A stretch of DNA of 64,000 nt from the human T2T-CHM13v2.0 reference genome, Homo sapiens. Positions 44,574 through 58,970 of the stretch are shown here, piece by piece. The position numbers were made by a program, and so were the translations under genes. The notes beneath the pieces are model-generated. The model was not told the origin of the DNA and made no database searches. It worked only from the letters and a program-made list of their open reading frames with translations. Where the stretch lies: NCBI RefSeq assembly GCF_009914755.1, contig NC_060934.1; one strand, given 5' to 3'. The stretch's first letter is position 1. Each line of letters starts with the position of its first letter.

Positions 44574-44622
44574 CTCCAGTGATCCACAAGCTCAGAAATA
44601 CATCGCGGAAAGTAAATGTTTA
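44574..44622 (+). CDS. HSPA14: HSPA14 exon 4
   Basis: CAG acceptor, TTA|GTGAGT donor, 49 nt, SSDPQAQKYIAESKCL in frame. Confidence 0.93.
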
Positions 44623-44754
44623 GTGAGTATGGTTCTGTTATTGCTTCCCTGTTACATAGAGTAATTACCAAGGTGATAACATGGAATGTTGATTTGAAAC
44701 TTTGCATTTTTATTAAAAATTATTTATTTAGCATAATTGTAATTTATTTTATAG

Positions 44755-44860
44755 GTCATTGAAAAAAATGGGAAATTACGATATGAAATAGATACTGGAG
44801 AAGAAACAAAATTTGTTAACCCAGAAGATGTTGCCAGACTGATATTTAGTAAAATGAAAG
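44755..44860 (+). CDS. HSPA14: HSPA14 exon 5
   Basis: 106 nt, [35 protein letters not shown]. Confidence 0.95.
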
Positions 44861-45685
44861 GTATTTAGCAAAAGATATATAATAGTTACCTTTAATGATC
44901 TTTTGAAAGTTGACCTTAAAAAAAAAGTTAGAGGTATTTTTAGATCTTGGGAGAAGCAGAGTGATTGCACAGATAAGTAAGGACATATAAACTGTCGACC
45001 TGGTTGGGGCACTAACTGGGTATGTGCCCGTGGTTAAATGACTTGCCTTACCTGACTGTGATTTCCCTATAAGTCATATAAATGAATTAGGCCAAATAAG
45101 AGTTTTCCAAACATAGTTAGTGGCCGAGTAAGCTTGGTGAATAGTGGCACTTCAAGATCGACAGTATACTGTGAACAATAATTTAGGCAGACTAAGTAGG
45201 TCTGATTTTATCAGCAGTTCAGACGGAGGCTCTGAGCTGAGTGGTATTCTGTCGAACAATTTGGGAAATTCTGGAATAGATTGTTTATAAGGCTTCCTTC
45301 AGCCCTGTAATGATGTTAAGAACTTGGGGGTTGGAAGGCAGGCTTTAAATGTAGAGAACTAACATTATGACGTTGTGTCTTCACATGGATGCGTTAGGAG
45401 CTTATTCTCCATGGAGTCAGTCTAATTCAGAAGATGGTTGATACTGAAGCCTAAGAGCCAGGCTGTTTGGAAAGCTAATTCTGTGTCCAAATATATCACC
45501 AAAACCACAAGAAGTGCTGCATGATTTCAGAGCGCAGAGAAGAAAATTGACACGGGGGCGGGGTGGGCAAGCAAGTGTATTGGGAAATATGTTAAGTGAG
45601 ATCTTTGTCATAAATTAATAAACCTCAGAAAGTATCACTTGTCATTTTCTTCTGTCATCAGAATTTTATATTTTTTAATATGCAG

Positions 45686-45776
45686 AAACGGCACATTCTG
45701 TATTGGGCTCAGATGCAAATGATGTAGTTATTACTGTCCCGTTTGATTTTGGAGAAAAGCAAAAAAATGCTCTTGG
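45686..45776 (+). CDS. HSPA14: HSPA14 exon 6
   Basis: 91 nt, [30 protein letters not shown]; Hsp70 VITVP motif. Confidence 0.95.
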
Positions 45777-47183
45777 GTAAGTATATGGGGTTTATCTTAC
45801 TGGCTTAATTAAAGGAAGTACAAAGTCACTATATAGTAAAAGGTAACATTGTATTTTAAAGTACCTTAGGCGATAAAATTGTATTTGTAAATAATTTAGT
45901 AAGGTAATGATCATTTTTATATGTATATATTTGATGAAATGCCAAGAGGCCAGGTGTGGTGGTTCACGCCTGTAATCCCAACACTTTGGGACACTGACGG
46001 GGGGGCGGCGGGTGGACCACCTGAGGTCAGGAGTTCGAGACCTGCCTAGCCAATATGGCCAAACCCTGTCTCTATTAAAATACAAAAATTAGCTGGACAT
46101 GGTGTTGGTGCCTATAATCTCAGCTATTCGGGAGGCTGAGGCATAAGAATCGCCTGAACCCAGGAAGTGGAGGTTGCAGTGAGCCAAAGTCGCGCCACTC
46201 CACTCCAGATTGTGTGACAGCGAGACTTCGTCTCAAAAAAAAAAAAAAGCCAAGAGAACATAAAATTAAATATGGTGTACCTTCAGCTGTTTCGATCGGA
46301 AACATTTTAAATTACCAGGTTAAATTGACATTTATGAATCTCTTTGCCTTAATTTTGTGTAATTAAGGTTTATGTAGGAATTACATGTGCAGTTTTAGAA
46401 AATATTTGTGCTTATTTCTTCACCTTAGATCTTAACATCTAAACAGAAAAGTTATAGTTTTTACAGGTCATTATGCAAATGTATTGGTGTGCTTTTATGC
46501 CTTTGCTCTGCAGGATAGAGTTTCACACAAGGTTCTGGGCATTGAAGTTGCCTCTGAGGCAGAGAATTGCCTTATGTACTTTTAAAAACTGAACACTAGA
46601 TTAAAGAAATTGGAAATTTTCAAGTGTTCTATAAATTTGTCTTTCTGCAGTTTTTGCATAGGCATTTTTTTCATTCAATAAATGTGTATTGATTACTGTT
46701 TAAGCCACACTGTATTGAAGGTTGAATAAATAGAGATAAATAAGACATGGTTTCTGATGTCACAGAATTAACAAGATAATTACGTTAAAATGTGGCAAGT
46801 ACTTTGAATGGGGAAGTTCTGGATAGCATGAAGACAGGACACCTGTCCTAGACTCTCAGAGCCCCAAAAGACTCTCATCTTTTGAACTTTTTTTTTTAAA
46901 CATGGATATTTTTGAGAGCTTTATTTCTCTTATTCAGTACGTGTGCTTTTTGCTTTCTTTGTGAAGAATATGGGCTCTGAACATTACAATTTTAAACAGA
47001 AAGTGATCTCTTATAGTCATTCATTTCTTGTTTTCTATATTCTTGCTTCTAAAGATCATTATACTTCATGTTCTACTTATGAAATTTTAGTAGCTTTTGT
47101 ATAAAATCTTTAGCAGATCATTTCTAAAAATGTAGAATTGAACATGTGATAAATTAAATTCATTGAAAGCAAATTGTTCACAG

Positions 47184-47288
47184 AGAAGCAGCTAGAGCTG
47201 CTGGATTTAATGTTTTGCGATTAATTCACGAACCGTCTGCAGCTCTTCTTGCTTATGGAATTGGACAAGACTCCCCTACTGGAAAAAG
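47184..47288 (+). CDS. HSPA14: HSPA14 exon 7
   Basis: 105 nt, [20 protein letters not shown] Hsp70 motif. Confidence 0.95.
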
Positions 47289-48334
47289 GTAAAGATCATA
47301 TTTGCAGTTTTAGGTTTTTTGAGTGCAGAAAACATTTTAGATTATAGAGATTATATCAGTAAAGATTATTATGTAATGCAGTGGTTCCAAACCTTTCTGG
47401 ATGGAAAAACAGACTCTTGCCTAGAGTTTTTCAAATAGTTGAGAAAGATGTCCTAGGAAAGCACAGAAAGAATGTAATGGGAGAGAAGGTTGAGCTTTTA
47501 TGCCCTTGTCTTGTCCCTTTTTTGAGGGAAGATTTGAAAGTTCGAGGCCTGGCCAGTTTCCAACTCAAGCTACGACACTGCTGATTTTTCTACCAATTCC
47601 AGTTATTAGACATGTTTGCAGATAATAGGTACTGTTATATACATTTGACAGGGCAGGAGATGGATTTAGCATGAGGTTTTGAGACTTCTTTTAATGGTGA
47701 AATACTAGAACATACTTATCCCTAATATAGCTGTCAATATGTCTTAATAGAATGGATAGTCGTTCAACTTTAGAGAAGTTAATTCAGATGCAGTGTTAAT
47801 TTTACATAATTGTTTCACCTCATTATTCGTATCTCCTAGTTAAGCAAAGAAATATGTGTACATCATGAGGAAATTATTTTTAGATAAATCTGAGAATATC
47901 AAATTATGAGTTTTAATACATGGGGAATCGGGAATTAGCTCCTAATTTTGCATATGTAATATATCTACAGAACATGCAATTGCATAGTAACTTGCATAAG
48001 ATTAACACATAGAATTTCTATGTTCAGTTCTCTTAAAATTCACTATAATCACAGATCTCTTGATTTACTTTGAAAAGTTCGTGTTTTGAACTCCTTACTC
48101 AGAAGAATACAGTTGTATCCACATGACTGAGGAAAAAAGAACTTTGATTTGGTTGCAGAACATCTCAGATCTAGGCTTGATTTGTCAATAAGTGACTATA
48201 GACAACTTAGTTATTCACCTGAGATTTTCTATTTCCTCATTTGTAAATTAAAGGGATTAAACTAAGTGACTTCTAATATCCAACTTAGTTTTAAAATGTT
48301 ATTCCCTGATAACTTACTTTATCTTCTCTTGAAG

Positions 48335-48496
48335 CAATATTTTGGTGTTTAAGCTTGGAGGAACATCCTTATCTCTCAGCGTCATGGAAGTTAACAGTGG
48401 AATATATCGGGTTCTTTCAACAAACACTGATGATAACATCGGTGGTGCACATTTCACAGAAACCTTAGCACAGTATCTAGCTTCTGAGTTCCAAAG
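48335..48496 (+). CDS. HSPA14: HSPA14 exon 8
   Basis: 162 nt, [16 protein letters not shown] (divergent phosphate-2 motif), AAG acceptor, GTGAGT donor. Confidence 0.95.
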
Positions 48497-49703
48497 GTGA
48501 GTGTTAATGGCCTGAATAATACCTTCTGATTGAGGTTTTCCTTCACATATTTTAATTTTTTTTCCTAATTTATTTTAAGTTATCCTGCTGCAAAGGAGGA
48601 TGTGGTTTTTTCATTGCTTGGAAACTGGATATTTTCATATCTAGAGTTATGTCCTGTCCAGGCAATTCAAAGAAGCAGAGGCCAGGCTGCCTAGTGCAGT
48701 GTGCTTGGATTTTTCACTTAGTGTAAAGAGACCGTCAGATACTGAACTGCATGAACGTAGATTTTAATTCTTCATGTAGTGCTCTTCTGTCTGGTTAAAG
48801 GAGTGTATAGGCACTGAGGCTTCATTGCCTTCTGAACAGTTTTTAAAAGTTTGGCTCTGGTGAAGATTGCATTATGTTATCTTCATATTCCAGTGAGTTA
48901 TTGTCTTATGGAATATTTATCTTAATTACTCATCTGCTGCTAGGAATATTTCAGTCTTGTTACTGGATATAATTACTCTAAAATTCTAACCCTTTTGGAT
49001 GTTACAAAAGTCAGATATGTAAAGGTTATACTTTGGGTACTGCTGCTCTAAAAAAAAAAAAAAGTGTAATTGAAATGGTATTTTAGCCAGTTTGACTAAC
49101 CTAATTGGTTGAAGAAGTCTTGAAAAAGTCATAATGTCTCACTTGTTTGATAAAGACCTATACTGCTTTTTGTTACAAAGATGTTGTTTAAATGAAGTCA
49201 TTGATCACTACTTAGTAAGTAGTTTTAAACATGAACTCATATTGGAGATAGTGGAATGTAATTTTACATATTTTGTTGTATGTGTCAAATTTTTTTGAAG
49301 AAACACTTGTAGGTTGTTTTTTCTTTTTAATGCTTGACAAATAATTTTATGCCATTAAACAGTGATTGTGCTGTGATTATAAAGGGTAAAATAGGAGACT
49401 TTGACGCTCTTACATAAATCTCCTTATCTCCTTTAACCTCTGTGTCTCACCTGGAAAAGGGTGATATCTACTCTACTTTCTTCAGAGTACAGTCTATTAT
49501 TACAATTATATAATGCAGCAGTTCATGGTTACATAATGTAGCAATTCAGAGTATTAAGGAAATTGGTAATTCATTTTTCTTGAGGTGACCCCTTTAATTG
49601 CACAGAGTGTTTTAGGAAAGTTTAGAGGGATTAGAAGAGAAATACTAAAATCCGGAATAAAATATTGTTTCACTAATTTATTTTATTTATTTATTTATTT
49701 TGA

Positions 49704-49862
<159 letters not shown>

Positions 49863-50089
49863 TAGTAGAGATGGGGTTTCACCATGTTGGCCCTGGTTGA
49901 TCTTGAACTCCTGACCTCAGGTGATCTACCCATCTCAGCCTCCCAAAGTTGGGATTACACGCGTGAGCCACCGCACCCGGCCTGATTCACTAATTTATTA
50001 TTGTTTTAATAAGGATTATCCAGATCTTAGTTACAATATTGTAAATGGCCCAGTAATTTTAAACCCCAAAGGCTATGTTTTTAATTTAG

Positions 50090-50245
50090 ATCCTTCAAAC
50101 ATGATGTGAGAGGAAATGCGCGAGCCATGATGAAATTAACGAACAGTGCTGAAGTAGCGAAACATTCTTTGTCAACCTTGGGAAGTGCCAACTGTTTTCT
50201 TGACTCATTATATGAAGGTCAAGATTTTGATTGCAATGTGTCCAG
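50090..50245 (+). CDS. HSPA14: HSPA14 exon 9
   Basis: 156 nt, AEVAKHSLS...DSLYEGQDF Hsp70 motifs. Confidence 0.95.
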
Positions 50246-50751
50246 GTAAAACTGAAGTTCAAAAAACTTTTTTAAAAAATTCCAAGAACATGTTTGTTTA
50301 GGTATAATTTTCTTACTTTGGGTTTTTTGTTTGTTTGTTTGAGATTTATCAACCATCTATAATGTCTTCACTTTATTGGGGTCCAGTTTTTGTCAGACTA
50401 AATAGCTGTTACCAGAGTAATTACATAAGTTGTGATTGCTTGCCCTGTTATTTTATGGCTACAATTAGGAGTGTGCAAAGGCATCCTAGAACCTTCAACC
50501 TAGATCCTACAAGTGATAAAGTACAAAGGGAGGACGTGCTGTAGTCTTTGTGTTGCATATTTGCTAATAATAATGATACGGCCTATTCAAACCTCTCAAC
50601 AACATAATAGGTGACTTTGAAGCATAGTGAAAATTTCCAAGACTGCAGTATATATTTTTTTAGGATTCTAGTGACTGTATTTGGTTAAATTCTCTTTTCA
50701 TCTGTTTAGTTTAGCTTCTTCACTTTCCCCGGGCCTTCATGAAGACTCTAG

Positions 50752-50912
50752 ATCTGCACTGCCCAATAAAAGAGCCACTAGCCACCTGTGGCTGCTTAAA
50801 TTTAACTTAATTAGGATAACATTAAAAATGCAGTTCCTCAGTAGCACTAGCTGCAGTTCAAATGTTCAGTAGTCATGTGGCTAGTGACTGGTAGAAAGTC
50901 CTGTTGGACAGC
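50752..50912. mobile_element. MER3/MER33-like hAT-Charlie fragment
   Basis: gccactagccac.tgtggct ... catgtggctagtg ... ttggacagc. Confidence 0.6.
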
Positions 50913-51805
50913 TATGCTCCAGATCTTTGAAGAAAGAGTTCAGGCTACAACTCAAAAGATAGAAAAGGCATTGCATTGAATTAGAATCTCTTTTTGGACA
51001 GAGTATGTGTATTTTTCTAGTTCCAGAATTCCTTAGGGTTAAGTTTGTCCAAGTCCTCGGTATATATTTGCTTTATTAATCAGTAATTAAGAAGGAAATG
51101 AAATTTATAATTTTTCATTAGGGAAATTTTGCCTTTGTCACAAAGATTTCAACCATAAAAGTATGCTTTAATATCTATAAGGTTTATAGATATTAATAGA
51201 TAACATTATTTTTTAAGCCACTCATCTGCATTTAAGAAGTTCTGTATGAAGATTAGGGAGTACATTTTTCATGACCATAAATTTTTCTTAAAACTTTGTT
51301 ATCTGCCAGCATTCAATTTCTCAGGGAGTACGGAGGGGCTAAACTTATGTCCAACATGGTCTCAAACTGTCAAGGAAAATTATTAGAAATAATGTTTAAA
51401 ACTTTAACATATAAAAATGGCAGAAACTTTCAAATGATGGTTTGATTAGGGTCAGTAGGTTTATTGTTGGGAATGCTATATGGGTATGTGTTTTTAGATT
51501 TGTTATTTTTTGGAAGCTTATAAGTAGACCATAAGCAAGATGGGCTTTCACTTGAATTTGATATTATCTTCATATATATGTAGGTGAATGACCTAGACTC
51601 TCCTGTCTCCATGATATTGCATCACTCTTACTTAATACCTTATTCTTATGGTAAACCTGTCATTCAGAGAACTATCATATTAAGTTTTGGCATTACTCTT
51701 CACAAGAAAAAGAAAAGTGATATTTGTTTGATTGTACTGAGCCCCGTTTTATCTTTCTCTTGTCCCTGTGTCTGTGTGTTTCTGTGTGTGTGTATGTGTG
51801 TACAG

Positions 51806-51908
51806 AGCAAGATTTGAACTTCTTTGTTCTCCACTTTTTAATAAGTGTATAGAAGCAATCAGAGGACTCTTAGATCAAAATGGATTTACAGCAGATGATA
51901 TCAACAAG
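51806..51908 (+). CDS. HSPA14: HSPA14 exon 10
   Basis: 103 nt, (R)[34 protein letters not shown]. Confidence 0.95.
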
Positions 51909-54900
51909 GTAATGCTTTTACATTTTTCTTAACTATTTTAGGTGTAGTTTCAGACTTGGAATTTAGGAAATAGCTCTGGGTACTGAAAGAATATTTTAAT
52001 GCATTTAAGAATTTTCTTAGATTGTGTTAATGAATAAGGAAAAATTGATGAAATTTTGATTAATGGCTCTGGTGAACTCATTTGTATATATTCAGTTTCC
52101 TAGCAAAACAGAATAATTCCTTTCCAGTATATTTTTTATCTGTAAGCATAGACAGAAAGATATTTGAATACTTGCTATGTGCCAGGCACTTTTTCCAAGA
52201 GTTTTACACATATTAACTTGTTGAATACTCACAATAACTCTGAGGTAGGCACTACTATTTATCCCCAAGGTAAGCACTATTATTTATCCTAGTTTTGTAC
52301 GTGAAGGCACCAAGGTACAGAGATTAAGTAGCTTCCTCAAGATCACACGGTAAGTAGTAGAGCCAAGATTTAACCCAGTATTGTTCCTGTGTCTCCTCAT
52401 AACTAGTATACCAGGCTGCTTCCCGTTCCTTGCTTAGGAACATATTTTTAGACTTTCAAAAAAATTCAAATGTTTAGTATTTTCTTTTTTTTCCCCAAAA
52501 TTATTTCTCTTCATTGAACATACTCTTTTTATACATTTAAAATGAGCCAGGTGCGATGGCTCAAGCCTGTAATGCCAACACTTTGGGAGGTCAAGGAGGG
52601 AGGACTGCTTGAGCCCAGGAGTAGAAGACTAGCCTTGGCAACATAGTGAGACCCTGTCTCTACAAAAAACAAAATTAGCGGGGTGTGATGATGTGCGTCT
52701 GTGGTCTCAGCTTCTTGGGAGGCTGAGGTGAGAAGATCACTTGGGCCCAGGGGGTCAGGGCTGCAGTGAGCCGTGATTCGTACCACTGCACTCCAGCCTG
52801 GGGACAGAGCAAGACCCCATCTCACAAATAAAATAAAAATAAAATGTATATGATTTTTAAAATTTTCATTATTGAAGTAGTAAGTATTCATGTAAGAAAA
52901 TTCAAAATACCAAAAGGCAGCTGTATTTCTAACTTGTATAATTTGTATGCATAGGTTTGTTTGCTAGCTATAGTTTTGTGAGTTTTTTTAATAACAGTTC
53001 TAATTCTGTATGTACAGTTTTGAATTTTGCCTAATTTATATAATATAACCAATTTCCCCCCATATTACTATAGTCTTTTTAAACATAATTTGAAATAGAT
53101 TGCTAATGTCCTAAAAAGGAAACGCACTGTCAGTTTTTCACTGTGGTCCTGTTGTAGACACATAGGTTGGGTTTTTTCCTCCCCTGTAAGAGAATGATGC
53201 CTGTCTTTATACAGAGACGTTTATCATATTTAGGATTATTCCTTAGAGTAGATTGCCAAAGTAAAATACTAGGTCAAGAATAAAAATAGCTTAAGACTAT
53301 TTTTACCTCAAGTTACTTTCCAAAAGAATTGAATTAACTAATATTCCCATCAGCAATATATAAAAGTATACATTTTACTATAGCCTTGTCGACACTGAGT
53401 TATAGCATTTAAAGATAAATTTCCAATTGACTGTTGAAAAAAGATCTTTTCACTTTATATTTCATTGGTTACTAGAGGATTTTTTTAAATGTTTATTTAA
53501 TTTTGTTTCTCCTTGTGTGTAAATTTTTATCTCATATTATTTGCCCATTTAATCATTTAAATCTTTTTTTTAAACTTGTGCAAATATTTTACATAATCGG
53601 AATATTAGCTATCATGCACAGCAGTCTTCCTTTGAGGCATTTACTTCACTATTTGGTTTTGGTCCTGCTAGGGAGGAGGGTGTTTGACTTACTCTTGATC
53701 TTTGACTCTGTTTCCTCCAGCTGCTTTGCTTGGATGTATGGCAAATATGAAATATACTTTTCTTTTAACTTGTCTATACTTTGACAGTTTTATGTTTTTA
53801 GTTTTTTTGATGTCTGCTATGTTGTGACAAATTTTTTTTGCAGTTTAGTTCAATAAGTATATATTTTGTTTTTTTTTTTAACACTTACAGTGTGGCAGGC
53901 ATTTTGCTAGGTGTTTGAAGGCTGGGAGGCGGATTGTGAAGGATGAGGCATGTTGTATGATGGTAGTAAAACAGTGGTGGAAGGTGCATGGGCTTGGAGA
54001 CAGACCCACCTAAACATGAAGCCTCATGGTTCTAATAGTTCTAGACTGGGCAAAATGCTTCATTTCCTGACACTTTCTCTTGTTATGAAAGTGATAATAC
54101 TTACCTTACAAGTAAGTATTGTAAGTATAAGTTACTCTATAGGGTTGCTACAAGGGTTAAATGAAATGTCTGTGGCACAGCCTGTTGCATATCGTGACAA
54201 ATAAGCATCAGTTCCCTTTCTTAACCAACCGGTCATGAAGCCCCCTCATTTCATTATCTCTCACAGTCCAATTCTCAGTTGCTTGAGTTGAGGCGGAATA
54301 GTTTTAGGTTTGAAATTTTTGTTAGAGATTCCCTCTTCAGATGTTTCTAAGACACAGGCTTTTGAGAACTTAATAATAAGAAATTGTCTTCTTAGTGTGT
54401 TGACCTTGGTACAGTAAGAAAATACCCTCAACTCTTCAGCGGTTTTCTGCAACACTTAGGTTACAGGTGGGCAGCTGCAGGTGGCTGCAGGTCCACTGCT
54501 GGGGCTCTTTTCCACTTCCTGTTCTAGGACCCAGGCCACAGGAGCAGCTGCCTGGGCCTTCGATTAGATAGGTGCATGTCAGTGCATTCACATTCAGTGT
54601 CACAGTGGGTATGACAGAGGGGCAGAGAGATATACCCCACCTACCAAGTTGTGGGAGTGAGTGGGATGGGTAATCCTCTTACGGGGAACGGGGAGTGAAT
54701 GATAGGGATTTACATGTATTAAAACATTTAATCCTCACACAAGCTCCAGGAAGTAGGCGCTTCTATCTTCATTTTCAGATGAGGAAACTAAGAGGTTTCC
54801 AGAGAGGTGAAGTAATTTGTCCTGCAGTCATGAGGCTGGCACTTACATGATGAGGCAAGGACCAGAACTCAGGCTGCCTGTCTCCATCACCTGTGCTCTT

Positions 54901-56219
54901 CATGCTTGTGACCGTTGCCTTCTCATTTTAGTACCTGGGGTTCTAGTATGAGGAGAGTTTGGCTTTTTTTGGAAGAAATTCTCTCATCTCTTGCTTGAGG
55001 GGGACAGGTTTCTGGCCTGAGAGCAGAGAGCTTCAGGGTTCCTACTCTTGAATGTGCAGACTTTTCCCTTCTTCCCCCTTGTTTTCAGCACCATGCCCCA
55101 CCCTGGTTCGTGCTGTATCTTTGTATCAAAGTTCTATCACTATGTGTTGACGACCTCCCTCCCTGATGTGGGAGAAGGTGCAGGTGGCCACCTGTTTAGG
55201 TGAGGGAGAAGCTGGGGGTGGGGGCAGGTGCAGCCACTCCACACGTGTGCTTTCCAGCCCTTGTGTTTTCACTTCTGTGCTTCACCCTCGCTTTCTGTGG
55301 TGTTTGGTACCTGGAATCCTATGCATCAGACCACCCTGCCTCTTTTCGGCTATCTCAAACTTCATCTGATTTACCTCTTTCCAGCTTCCAAAATTTGTTG
55401 ACATCTCAAACTCAAGATTTCTCTTCCATTTATTTTGCCTTTCTATCTTTACCTTCTGAAATCCCTTTGTTGTCAGCTTAGTGGGCTTTTGTGAAAGGGA
55501 GCTTAGATAAATGAATATGGTTAATCCCTGTGTTTTAGCCAAGTTCCTGGGTTCTGTAGCTGCAATTTTAATAGCTCCATAGTATTTCATTGCATTGATG
55601 TACCGTCCTTCATAACACCCCTTCTGTATATTGGATGTGTATGTTATACAACAGTCTTTGTAACTTGGTGGATGTCCTCAATTTCCTTAGGATAAAATTC
55701 AGGAGTAAATCCTAGATTTTAAGACTTTTAGTATTTGTTATCAAATTGCTCACCAAAAAGCAACTTACTTTCTGAGTAGATGTAAACCTTAATTGTTAAC
55801 ATTGCAATTTTAAAGTTCTCTTTGTTTACAGTTCTTTTTTCAGAGAGCTTTAGAATTATTTTTTTCAACTTACATAAAGTCTCATTTTTTGACACAGTTG
55901 CATTGTCTATAAATAACTTGGGATGATGTAATAACTTATAGTATTTAGTTTCCTAATCACAAAGTTGGTATCTGTTCAAATCTTCTTTAATACTTCCTTG
56001 TTTTCTTAATATTTACTGTTAAATTATTGCTGAGTGCTATGGGATTATTGCTCTTGTGAATGAGATAATACTTTAGTTTTCTTATTTGTTTTTGCTGATA
56101 AATGAGATACCTGGTGATTTTGCTTATTTATCTTACATTTTGTCACTTTGTAAACTCTTTGGATTACTGATTTTTAATGGAGTCTTCTGAATTTCCTAGG
56201 CATACATTCAAACTTATTT

Positions 56220-57200
56220 ACTGATTAACCCACAAATAATTATTGAGCACACCTATTCTACGCTAGGCAGATTCTAGACACCTGGGATACAGTAGTAGCT
56301 ATGGCAAAGTCTTTGCCTTCATAGAACGAACAATATAGTGAGGATATACAGGTAATATGAAACAGATAAAATAATGCCCAATTGTGATAAATCTTATGAA
56401 GAAAATTAAGCAGGATAAGGGCCTAGCTAGTGACAGAGGGTGATTTTTCAGGTCAGAGTCCCCTCTGAGGAAGTGGCTTTTGATCAGAGTCCTGAATGAA
56501 GTGAAGTGATAGAACAAGCCATGTGAATATCTACCAGTGTCCCAGGCAGAGGAACAGCAGGTAAGAGTGTGAGTGGTGCCTGAGGAGCAGCAGGGAGGGT
56601 AACAGGGGCCGAACTGAGTGAGCCAGGGAGACGGTGGACAGAGGTGAGCTTGGCAAGGAAACTAGGGCCCAGATCCCCAGAAGGAGTGCTCAGGCCTCAG
56701 TGTGAAGAGTTCGCTGTAGATCGATGTAGGGGTCTGGATTTGGGGAGAGGGGTCTGGGCTGGAGACATGTTTGTCCACACATGTACTCTTTAAAGCCATG
56801 AAACTGGACAGGTGTACCCATGGGGGAAGCAGAGCCACAATACAGAAGAGATCCCAGGATGGGATCTTGGGACATTTGCAAGCTAGAAGGGCATCTGGCA
56901 CCGGACCAGCCAGTGAGAAGGAAGAGAACCAGGAAGGCAGGCAAAAACATATCCTTAAGGAAGGGAGAGAGCAGCTGCCCTGTGATGCCAGAGGTATAGT
57001 AGGGTGAGGCTTAACCTCCTTGAGGATTGACCCTTGGACTTGGCAATGTGGAATGGCTTGTCAGAGCAATTGTAGGGGAGCTGTGGAGATAAATGCCTTA
57101 CTGGAGCAGGTTTAATATTGAATTGATGGTGAGGTGTTGGAGACAAGTATAGACAACTCTCAAGTTGTGTTACAAGGGCAATAGGAAAATGGGGTGGTTG
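56220..57200. mobile_element. L2-like fragment
   Basis: attattgagcacctattct, ccaggcagaggaacagc, tttaaagccatgaaactgga motifs. Confidence 0.55.
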
Positions 57201-57759
57201 AGGGTGCTGGGAGAAGATGTATCTGTAAGTGGGGAGACATTTCTCTAAGATGTGTCCCTTTTGTTTGAGACTCTGTCCAAAAACAAATGTAAGTTCTGAT
57301 CATAGCAATCAAATATAAAACAAACAGAAGCCCAGGCTGGAATGCTGTGGCTCAATGTTACATCACTGCAACCCCTGTCTCCCAGGCTCAAGCGACCCTC
57401 CCGCCTCAGCCTCCTGAGTAGCTGGGACTACAGGTGTGTGCCTTTTTGTATTTTTTGTAGAGATGGGGTCTCTGTATGTTGTCTAGGCTGGTCTCAAACT
57501 CCTGGGCTCAAGCAGTCCACCCATCTCAGCCTCCCAAAGTGCTAGGATTACAGGCATGAGCCACTGTGCCTGGCCAGAACTTAAATATTTTTGTGAATGC
57601 TGGATTCCTTCTTTTGTTCCTTTTATTAGGGGAATACTGTGAGACTTTTACCAACAAACATTGGTTACTGGTAATTGGTTTGAAATAGATTTTATCAGCC
57701 AGGCTCGGTAGCTCACACCTGTAACCCCAGCACATTGGGAGGCCAAGGTGGGCAGATCA

Positions 57760-58229
<470 letters not shown>

Positions 58230-58319
58230 TGATCCGCCTGCCTCGGCCTCCCAAAGTGCTGGGATGACAGGCGTGAGCCACAGCACCCAGCCCCAAGAAA
58301 ATAGATTTTATCATATTGA

Positions 58320-58520
<201 letters not shown>

Positions 58521-58579
58521 TAGTAGAGACAGGGTTTCACTGTGTTATCCAGGATGGTCTCAATCTCCTGACCTTGTAA

Positions 58580-58970
<391 letters not shown>

